DNA of 64,000 bases from positions 124,001-188,000 of the forward strand of contig QPGO01000073.1 in NCBI GenBank assembly GCA_008632985.1, in the 5' to 3' direction. The stretch's first letter is position 1. Each line of letters starts with the position of its first letter. The notes under the pieces were generated by a model, which was given only the letters and a program-made list of their open reading frames with translations, was not told the origin of the DNA and did no database searches. Position numbers and translations under genes: made by a program. Origin of the DNA: Psammoneis japonica (taxonomy: Eukaryota). Positions 48,994 through 60,000 of the stretch are shown in pieces.

Positions 48994-51900
48994 GATTAGC
49001 ATCACATTCGTGTAGCATAGGCGCAACGGCAAAATAAAAAGATTCGATCCAATAAGACTACCATGACGGGTCTTTCGAAGCAACAGGCTACCGCTATGGA
49101 TTTTCAACATGCTTGCATGTGTGATAGTTTAAACATTATCTAGCAACTAGCTAGAGGCGCTTCGTTGCATTGATAGACATGCATGATGCTTCAGGACAAG
49201 TCGTCACCTGCTTCCCAAAGATGGTGTTCTCCAGTTGATGCTATGACCTGTAGTGTGACATGGATATCTGTCTTCCTCGCCAGCAATTTCAATTCTCAAA
49301 AAAATTTACAAAAGCGCTGACACAGAGACACAGAGATGACCATGTTTCCGGAGTTCTGCAGTCAGTTGGTGAAGCTGTTGCTTCTTGCTGACAGAAGGGG
49401 GTGTGGTTTGACACCCAGCCAGTGGGCAAAAAAACTGTCTCAGTTGTGCTGACTTGCAAGCAAGACCAAAAATTGAGCTTGAGCTGTTTGCAGCCTGGGC
49501 GCTGTGCACTGGCAAGGAGAGGGCCTCCTGGGCTGGTGTGAGTGCCACTGTGAAACAAAAACCCAGCATTCATGCAGGGCAAAAAATGTGCAGTAGATGG
49601 AGTGAGCAAGAAAGAGGCCATGCCAAGGATTCTCCCATTGTTCCAGCAAGTTCAAGAACACCACTGCAGAGTGGCCAAGGCATCTGCACCATTGCTGAAA
49701 TCAGATGGCACACTTCACCGTGAGGAGATGTTTGAGCCTGTTTGTGTCTGCAAGTGATGGAGGGTGTCACTTGCATCACAAGCCCAGTGGCTGGGTTGTT
49801 GTCACAGCTGCCACTTTGGTCATTGCCGCCGTTGCAGTTGCAGCCATCATGATGGCAGCAGCCTCTTTCATCACACACTCAGCTTGCTGAGCCCCAACCT
49901 CCATCATTGCATTGGCCGCCATGACCACCACCACTGCAGTTTGGTCCCCCCTCCCACACACACACACAACTGAGGTCATCAGGAATGTCACAACATTGAA
50001 GTCATGTGTGACCAGACAAGAGAGTTGCCTGGCTTGGAGACTGACTCTTGCTGCCCTCTGCTCCTTTCTTGCCACACTCTCCGTGCTTGTTGTGGCTGCC
50101 ACCACTGCCGTCATGTTGCCGCCAGTGTTGCCATGCTCTTTGCAGCTTTTTTACAGCACTGATGCCAAAGTCAACAAGGTGCCACCATTGCTGTTGTTTG
50201 AGTGTGGGAAGACAAAATGGGATGAGTGAAGTGGTGCTGAAAGCATGTCAAACTCCTGCTCCAAAAGAAGTGGGCCACATGGGAGAAGCCATCATTGTCA
50301 TTGTCAGACATCTGCTGTCCCAAAGAGCTGGTGTGAGTTTGCTCCACATCTCGCAAATGACAAAAAGTGCATTTGCCATTGAAGCACTGCCCAACCATCA
50401 CCTTGTTGTTCATCAACAGAGATGTGACCCTCATGCACGATGCATGCCAAGGGGTCAAGAGGAGCAGACAAAAGAGGAAAGACACGCAGGTTGAAAGTTG
50501 ACATGTTTGGCAGGGTTGTGGACACAGCCCATTGGGGGCAAGCCAATGGAGTGGTTGAGAAATCTGTGCTGATTCCCAAAGAACATGATGCAAAACAGTG
50601 TCTCACTTGAAGAGCCAGCAGGGGATGGAAGTGCACTGTTGAGGCCAAGCTGGAAGAAAAACAGATGCTGGGGACACCTTTGAAAATGTTGGCATGCACG
50701 TTGGCCATTGTTGTCAGGCATTTTTGATGATGAACACTGGCCAACTCTCCGCTGAGATTTCCAGCTGCAGGCCAGAATGCTGGCATCACACCAAGCTGAG
50801 TGCCAAAGGCACGGCAACTGCCAAAGCAGCCCCATTGGATGTGTGTGCACACTCACCCATCATGCTCAGCCAGCTCCTTTTGGCACACACCACACACAAA
50901 ACCAGAAACAAAAGAAGCTGATGTTCTCTGACTCACGAGGCTCAAGGGCAAATCACAAACACTGAAGTTTTTTGCACACAACTTGTCAACAATCAGATGT
51001 TGTGCTTTCCTTGGCACAGTCAGCTGGCAAGAAAGGAGCTGAGCCCTTGTTTTCACATTCACAAAAGGAGGGTCAGAAAGATGAGGAGGAGGTGGAGGGA
51101 AACAAAAGCAACATTGTCAAAAGGCCAGCCATCAAGATGGAAATGTTTGCATCTCTTTGGTCCCAGCGCAGCTGCGGCATCAGTGTGCATCATTTGGCTG
51201 CCCAGAGCAGCAGGTGTGCATCCACAAAAGCCTTTCTGGAGCAACCGCCAATCACCAAAAAAGGCAGTGGAAAAAAGTCAATGATGGGGAGGTGGGGAGA
51301 AGCTGCTCCAGCTGTGGCTGAGTGTTTGACATGCTTGAAGGAGATCACTTGGGGGTCCTGGGCATGGATCACCATGGCACAAGAGGTGCTCTGATGAGCT
51401 GTGTGAAAAACTTCATTGCCAGCATGCATGTGCTTTGTGCTGCAACAAAAGGCACTTGAGCGTGTCATTGAACTGTGAGAGAGCAATGCCTTGCACTTCA
51501 TGCTGTCACAAGTGCAAGGCAAAGCAAGCACCATGAACATCAAAGTGCTCCAAGCAGGCCAAGTGGACAAGGGTGAGTGTCTTTGTGCTTCAAGATCCAG
51601 CTGCTGGCAGGCCCACTCTGTCTCACAACAGTGAGCAGTGCACAGTGCAAGCATCAAAGTGCACTTTGAGCATGGGGGTCATGAGAGTGAGCATCGCACA
51701 GTTTTTCAAGCCCCTGCTGACAATGGGCCACACCCTGCTCCTTTGAGCCATCACAAGCATGACAAAACACAACCCAAATTCTGTGTTTTGGGTGCTGCTG
51801 GGCTCCCATCCCACAACTCCGCAATGAGCCACTGGCCCATGCCCCATCACAAGCATTGCAGTGAGAAGCATGAGCCCCAAAGCACTTTGAGCCTTTGAGC

Positions 51901-52678
51901 ATGATGAGGGCAAGCATCACTGCGCTTCTTCATGTCAAGAAGCACAGGCGACCAACCACAAGGACAACAAGCATGAGACTGAACATGTGGCTGGTGCTGG
52001 CTGGTCGAGCAAAACACAACATTGTGCACTCTCCACTGGCTGCACCAGACCAATTGTGGACTGCCAAGACCACCATCAAGTTGACGGAAGAGGCCCGCAA
52101 TGAAGATGACACTAACGAGAACTGCGCTGACTTTGCAAAATCTTGGTTTGCCAGCGATGAACATCCAACCAAAGTGCAAGACCCTCACGGATGTGAACCC
52201 TTGCAGTCATTTGTTTGACAACAATCTGCGTTTTGCACCAGCACATGAGCTCAAACAAAAATCATGAACAATGTTTGTTCACAGCATGAAGACAGCTGGA
52301 CACAGCCATTCAGTGAAGTGCTCAATTTTCTGATTTTGAAAAACCGAAATTTCTGAAATTCCCCGTCACAGATCAGCTTGCGCACAGGCTTGGGCTGCTC
52401 GGGGATCGGCAAGTTGCTTCACGGGACAAGAACAAACGTTGTTGAGCAAGAAAATGTCGAAATGTCGAGTCAACGACGTGGATCACGCACTTCAACATTG
52501 TCCAAAGCTGAAGCCATTCAGAGGCATTGTGTGACATGGTGTGGCACTGGATTGTCACAAGAGACGCTTTCCGCCACCCAGCCTTCCCGGCTGCATCTCG
52601 TAAAAGGGGAAAGTGCAAAAGCTTTCTTTCCGGTGAAGGCGGTTGCAATGCACTCTTCGAGATCAACAGCAAGATGGG

Positions 52679-55600
52679 CAGTGGCACAGCCAGGGGGGTG
52701 CTAGAGGGTGCTCAGCACCCCCAGTCTTCGAGAAAACTCGCCAGTCCACGAGCTGCACGAGCTCTAAAAAACCTCTTACATTGCATCGCGCTCTCTTGCC
52801 ACATTGCCAAAAGACCATTTCTGCATGGAAACCACGTGAAATCATGTGACGAACATCACTTCTCAGTCGCACTTGCGCAGAAGTCGCGTTCATTCGTGCT
52901 GCAGGTGGTGTGACCCACCTCCTCTTTCCAAATTTTGTTTTTTCCAGGCATGTCGGCGGTCTCTTTGTTTGCTCTGGGTTGCCGCATGGATGTCAACTGA
53001 CCCTCTAGACTTCAAGTCGTGAAAATGGCAGGTCGTCAAACAGTGTGGGATGCTGCACATGATGACAACGCTGACGTGGAAGGTCATCCTTTAAGCAATT
53101 GTCCCTTGTGCACAGTGCAAATTTTATGCCGTGCATGAGGCGGAGGACATGAGAAGGTTGTGCCGCACACAAAGGCAATTTTTTGCTCACTCAACGGGGC
53201 ACTTTTTTGAGTCATCACACATTGCCCTTTGTCATTTTAATCAAGTTAGTCGAAGACAGCTTTAAACCGCCGTCATGCGGCAGTGCGCACAGAGAAGATG
53301 GATCTTGTGGCACAAATGTCGCCAGTCTAACGCAAGCAACTGGGACAGTGAACATGGAAAATGTGATGGCATTCCAAGCAGAAAGAGTTGCTCTTGTCAG
53401 CTGTTGCTTGCTTCCTGTCTCTCTGTTGTTGTTTCTTCTTTTGCAGTGGAAGAGAGCACCAAGCTTGTCTCGCCCAGCACTTCGAGCTTGTCTCACCCAC
53501 TTCCTTCCTGCCACCATGCCACACACAATGATCAAAGCATTTTGCTTTTCAACTCTGCCACAAAGTGTTCTGAGTTGGCAATGCAAGAGGCCGGCTGAGC
53601 TCTGGCAGCTCCTGGGAGCTGGCCAGCGCCAAGCACCACTGATGCTGCTCTTGGCTGGTGCCTCACAAGCAGTGGCTGTGCACAATGACGTGCACTCTTG
53701 AGCCACCACCTGGTGCCAAGACTGCACCAAGTTGGCTTGCTTCTCTCTGTGCAGCTTCTTGACTTTGCCCATGCCATCCTCATCAAAGCAATCTTTTGTT
53801 TTCTCACCCTGCTTTTGCCGCTGCTTGTCTTGTGCTGGCAGCTGGCACATGCTGCCTGGAGATCATTTCTGGCCACCTCAGATGCTGCATGCCTGTGAAC
53901 TTCTGCTCTTTTCATCTTTTCTTTTTGTTGTTGTTGCTCTGGCTGCTTGCTGCTCCAACACACAGCAGAGCTGCTTTTTGCTGCTGACACACTGCTGCTC
54001 TTGCCCATGACCTTGTTGGCGCCACAGCAAAGCACTGTGCTGGGAGCTCTGCACCAAACACCAAAGCTGCAAAGATGATTGCCCAGCCCTGCAAAGAGGT
54101 CATGGAGCACATGCTTGTGCTCTCATTTGACAGAAGCAGTGCACAGCAGCAGAGAGACATCTTCAGCAAGCTTCGGTGCTTTCGCACATGCTTGGAGATT
54201 CGCTGACAAGCGCGCCGCTGGAGTGGTTTTTTGTGAGGCACAGCTCTGAATGACGTCTGGGTCACACCCCAAAGTGGTGTTAAAAACACTTTTCAGGGTG
54301 CTGCTGCTTGGTCATGGACAACACACAGAGATTCTTGGCTGGCCTGCTGGGGCGGCAATGAGCTTTTGCCAGGTTGTGCTGCAAAGAAGCATCTCACAAC
54401 TCTGCTTGCTTTCAGCTCCCAAACAGTCTCACAATTTCCCCCTTTTTTGGCATTTTGTTCACCCCTTCCACCCAGTTCTTCAAGGCACAGCACATGCCAC
54501 TGTCCTCTGTGCAGGCTCTTGTCCCCTCTCTGGTGGCTTCTCTCTTCTTGCTTCTTCACGTTGCTCTGCCTCCTCTTGTGGCCTTCTCCACTGGTGCTCT
54601 GGTGTGGCTGGGCACTTTGTTTCTACACAAGCTCCTTGTCTGCATGTTGCATTTTGCTTTGCATGTTGTTCCTTGTCCTTGAGTGCAGCTGCCTTTGATG
54701 ATGGTTGCTTGTGCAATTGTCAGTTCTCCTGAATTTAAAATCCGGGTTGCTTTTGCGACATGAGCCTCGCTTTGCTCGAGTCGAGTCAATCAAAACCTGT
54801 TGCCCACACCAGGCAAAAAAATGCCAAAAACGGCAGGTTGTCAAACAGTGTGGGATGCCGCACATGACGACAATGCTGACGTGGAAGGTCATCCTTTGAG
54901 CAATTGTCCCTCATGTGCGGTGCAAATTTTGTGCCGCGCGTGAGGCGGAGGACACAAGAAGGTTGTGCCGCACACAAAGGCAATTTTTTACTTGCTTGGC
55001 GGGGCACTTTTTTGAGTCATCACACATTGCCCTTTGTCATTTTAATCAAGTTAGTCGAAGACAGCTTTAAACCGCCGTCATGCGGCAGTGCGCACAGAGA
55101 AGACGGATCTTGTGGCACAAATGTCGCCAGTCTAACGCAAGCAACTGGGACAGTGAACATGGAAAATGTGATGGCATTCCAAGCAGAAAGAGTTGCTCTT
55201 GTCAGCTGTTGCTTGCTTCCTGTCTCTCTGTTGTTGTTTCTTCTTTTGCGGTGGAAGAGAGCACCAAGCTTGTCTCGCCCAGCACTCCAAGCTTGTCTCA
55301 CCCACTTCCTTCCTGCCGCCATGCCACACACAATGATCAAAGCATTTTGCTTTTCAACTCTGCCACAAAGTGTTCTGAGTTGGCAATGCAAGAGGCCGGC
55401 TGAGCTCTGGCAGCTCCTGGGAGCTGGCCAGCACCAAGCACTGCTGATGCTGCTCTTGGCTGGTGCCTCACAAGCAGCAGCTGTGCACAATGACGTGCAC
55501 TCTTGAGCCACCACCTGGTGCCAAGACTGCGCCAAGTTGGCTTGCTTCTCTCTGTGCAGCTTCTTGACTTTGCCCATGCCATCCTCATCAAAGCAAGCCT

Positions 55601-56790
55601 TTGTTTTCTCACCCTGCTTTTGCCGCTGCTTGTCTTGCACTGGCAGCTGGCACACGCTGCCTGGAGATCATTTCTGGCCACCTCAGATGCTGCATGCCTG
55701 TGAACTTCTGCTCTTTTCATCTTTTCTTTTTGTTGTTGTTGATCTGGCTGCTTGCTGCTCCAACACACAGCAGAGCTGCTTTTTGCTGCTGACACTGCTG
55801 CTCTTGCCCATGACCTTGTTGGCGCCACAGCGAAGCACTGTGCTGGGAGCTCTGCACCAAACACCAAAGCTGCAGAGATGATTGCCCAGCTCTGCAAAGA
55901 GGTCATGGAGCACATGCTTGTGCTCTCATTTGACAGAAGCAGTGCACAGCAGCAGAGAGACATCTTCAGCAAGCTCCGGTGCTTTCGCACATGCTTGGAG
56001 ATTCGCTGACAAGCACGCCGCTGGAGTGGTTTTTTGTGAGGCACAGCTCTCAATGACACCTGGGTCACACCCCAAAGTGGTGTTAAAAACACTTTTCAGG
56101 GTGCTGCTGCTTGGTCATGGACAACACACAGAGATTCTTGGCTGGCCTGCTGGGGCGGCAATGGGCTTTTGCTGGGTTGTGCTGCAAAGAAGCATCTCAC
56201 AACTCTGCTTGCTTTCAGCTCCCAAACAGCCTCACAATTTCCCCCTTTTTTGGCATTTTGTTCACCCCTTCCACCCAGTTCTTCAAGGCACAGCACATGC
56301 CACTGTCCTCTGTGCAGGCTCTTGTCCCCTCTGGCGGCTTCTCTCTCTTCTTGCTTCTTCGTGTTGCTCTGCCTCCTCTTGTGGCCTCATCCACTGGTGC
56401 TCTGGTGTGGCTGGACACTTTGTTTCTACACAAGCTCCTTGTCTGCATGTTGCATTTTGCTTTGCATGTTGTTCCTTGTCCTTGAGTGCAGCTGCCTTTG
56501 ATGGTGGTTGCTTGTGCAATTGTCAGTTCTCCTGAATTTAACATCCGGGTTACTTTTGCGACATGAGCCTCGCTTCGCTCGAGTCGAGTTAATCAAAACC
56601 TGTTGCCCACACCAGGTAAAAAAATGCCGTGAAAACGCGCTAAAAATGAGTGAAAATGTTGTCTGTGTGTAATTTTTTCCGTTCCGCGGGCGCCTCATTC
56701 CCCGGCGAGGCTGTCAACCCCGTGTGGGCGTGTGCTCGCTTTGCTCGCAGTTGTGGCACTCCCAGTTGATTTGGTCTGGCTACGCCACTG
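52679..56790. mobile_element. hAT-type DNA transposon (4.1 kb), probably non-autonomous, hypermutated
   Basis: Right TIR CTGGCTACGCCACTG (56776-56790), left TIR CAGTGGCACAGCCAG (52679-52693). 8-bp TSD AAGATGGG (52671-52678) / AAGACGGG (56791-56798). No transposase motif recognised. Confidence 0.82.
53026..56628. repeat. Internal tandem duplication of a ~1.8-kb unit (53026-54830 and 54831-56628)
   Basis: Both units start GGCAGGT.GTCAAACAGTGTGGGATGC and end CCCACACCAGG.AAAAAAATGCC. The ORF track shows near-identical ORF pairs offset by ~1805 bp. Confidence 0.93.
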
Positions 56791-57024
56791 AAGACGGGCA
56801 TGGACGCAGTGGCTTTGGCCATTGAAAAAAGAACAAGCACGAAAGTGAAGTGCTGTTTCAATCAAGCACAAAGTTTCTTGTCAAGTCCAAGTCTGTTGAA
56901 CACCGAGTGGAGGCCACCTTTGGGAAAGATCACGTGCGTTTTGATGCAGCAACTTGCAAATTGGTGAGGGAAGCGAAGAAGAGAGGCAAGCATGGGAAGG
57001 GAAGATGAAAGGCAAGCAAGGCAG

Positions 57025-60000
57025 GGAGGAAAGACAAATGAGTGCACTCAAGCACACTTGAAGTGCGCCCTTTTTTGTCTGCCAGATGACCGCGTAGAAT
57101 TCCATGTGCAACTTCAGTCGCAAGTGTGCTTTTCAGTCGTAAGTGCACTTTTTAGTGTGCTTTGTGTTCCATTCGACAAGTCCAACACAGCCATCATTTT
57201 CAACCCAGTTTTTTCTCCCAGAGTTCTGTCACGCAGTTTTCCATCATCTGCAAAAGTGCAGGTGGTCAATTGCTTTGGTCATTTGGCACTGTTTCAATCG
57301 CAACCAGATCATCGAAAAAGTGAAGGTTCTGGAGCTTGGCACATTTTCTGCACATTCCTGCGCAAGTCATGGCTTGGTTGCGAATGGCAAACTGAGTGTG
57401 CCTTGATTTGCAATTGTCAAGACTGGTCGATGCATCAATTTCAACCCTTTTTTTTCTCCCAAAATTCCATCATGTGTCACACGATGTGATGCACAAGTTT
57501 TCATTGTCAATTGCTTTGGCCTTTTGGAACCATCTTGATTGCAACCAGATCACCCAAAAAGCAAAGTTGGAGGTTCTTGGTGCATGCCCCGCACATTTCT
57601 GCGCAGGTGGCGATTGATCAATTGAGTGCACTCTGTGCATCACTGTGCTGAGTTTCTGCGCAGAAAATGCTGTTGACGTCCAACACTGAGTCCCGCGAAA
57701 ACTCAGTGGAAATTCCTGTGCATCGCACACAACCGCACACAACTCAACCAAAATTGTCCACAGTGCAAAGTGCAATCGACAAGGTGACCATAGCCGCCAT
57801 TGTCTGCCTTGATTTTTTCCCTGCACATCAATGTTTTTGTTTGTTGTTTTGTGCATTCGTCGCATTTGTGTCATCTTTCGTTGTTTGTCTGATTCATTCG
57901 CTGTTGTTGCTGCAGTGCTGTTTCCACTCTGTGTGCATGCAACACAAATCGCGCAAACATGTGGTGTTTCCACGCCGCACAAAATTTCTGTTGAATTCCA
58001 CATGTTCCGCATCTTGCATTTGATTTGCCTTTCCCGCCTTGCAAAGAAGCACTGCAGCACTGCTTGGTGAGTGAAAAACCCAATTTCTTCACAGTTGCGC
58101 CATGTGGGCTCCTGTTTGTCTGACCAACCTGTCAAATGTGGCACCCCAATTTTGTTTTTTACAGAGGACCGTCAGACACATCCACACACTCTCGCTCTTC
58201 CAGGGACAGGAGAGCACCTGTTGCCACCACAATGGATGGGGACAACTCACAAGATGATGGGAGAAGCTTGTCCCAGCATGAAGAATCTGCTCTGGACAGG
58301 AATTTTTTCCGCCAGTTTCTTTTGTCACAAGCAAGAATGGAGCAGATTCAGTCTCAGCAGAGGGTGACTGAAATCTTCCGGGTGATGGAGGCTGAGGTCG
58401 GCTCCAGGCACACCCAGCCCAGGGTTCACTGTGCAGAGGACAGACACCCCTCAGCTGCTGCTTCTGAGGCTGTCAAGCCCCCTGTCATGAGCTCAAAAAA
58501 GGCTGTGGTGGAAGAGCATGAGTTTCCAAACTGCGAGATGCAGTGGCGGGCCAAAGGCTTGGGTGAATTCTCCCCCACAACAGGCTGGGCAATGGGCACT
58601 TGCTCAACTAAAAAGTCCACAGATGGCTTGAGAAAAGTTTGCAAACACTGCATGGGTGTCTTTGTTTGCTCCCTTTGTAGAGAGTTTCTTGAAAGGCCCC
58701 GGCAGCCTCAGACAGGAAGGAAGAAGTTTGGGTCGCCACTCCCTCCCAAGCTGGTGTGCCCCAATCATGAGCAAGAGTCAAAATTGGAGCACAAAGAGTG
58801 CACCTGCCTGCTGACCTGTCAAGAAGTCAGTGCCAACTCTTGGCTCATGAGCCACAAAGGGAGGCACCAACACCCAAGACCTCCACCATCGAAGCTCCCA
58901 ATGGCAGCACAAGGAAAGCTTGAGGAGCTTGTCAGAGCTGCTCCTGAGTTGACTCCAGCACAGCTGAGACTTGGGGCTGCAACCAGGCCTCGAGTGTCAC
59001 AGATTCACCCAGCTCTTCACAACAAAGATCGTGCAAAAAACATGAGGAAGAAGATCTTAAAGGAAACAGGGATGAGCTCCACCATTGCCAGCCTTGTGAA
59101 TTTCCGAAAGGAAGTGAACCAGAGCTTCATTGTTTCAGAGCAGCTCACCACAGATGATGCTCACATTGTCATGCAAGACCAAGACATGATTGACATGCTG
59201 AGAGAGCCAGCATCACCCATGCAAACTGACTCTGTGGAGGGATTTGTTGTTGATGCAGACTTCCAGGGGCAGATCAATGTCACCTTCTCTTCACAGTTTG
59301 ATGCAATGTTGCAGCAGTGGGTCCCAGTCTGCATTTCCATCTTGTTTGGCAAAACTTCTGCACACTACAAAGCCCACTGGTGCAGGGTGCTTCAGTGCTG
59401 CCAGGCCAACACCTGGGATGATTTCTTGAACAACTTCCAAGGAAACACAGCGACTTTTCTGACGCCATTCGAAATGGCTTCTTTGCAGCCATGCAGGAGC
59501 TTGCACTTGAGCGTCATGACAGGGAAGCCACAGATGAGGAGATTGCCCAGTTTTACAACTTTTGTGATGTTCACTTTGAGAGGTCCCGCATGAGGGTGGC
59601 CAGAAACTCTGCTGTTGTCAATCCAGACAGGGAGGATGACTTCAACCACCATGTCAACAGCTTGAGGGGTTTTGTCCAAGGAAACTTTGCTCAGTTTGAA
59701 AAGTCCTGCAAGCTGCTCATCAGATCTTACCCAAATGCCGAGTCATGGCTGAAGTGGTTTCTCAACCCAAGGAGGGCAAGGATTTTCTTTCCTGCATGCA
59801 GGCAGCTGGATGAGCTGCAGCAGCAGAGGCATGAAAAGCTCTGCACAGACACAAATGCACAGGAAAATGTTGGAAAACAGTTTCAGTGCAGTGCACCAAA
59901 GACCAAGTTGACCATTGGAGAAGCAGTTCTGCATGCTTTCAAGTTCTGCAATGCAAATGTCTTTGACAGAAAGGCAGCAGCCAGGGGAATTGCACGTCAT

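Noticed and set aside
13505..57900. Hundreds of overlapping Cys/His/Gln/Trp-rich ORFs in all six frames of the repeat domains
   Set aside because: These are a by-product of TA loss: TAA/TAG stops disappear and Tyr codons become Cys/His. They are not genes.
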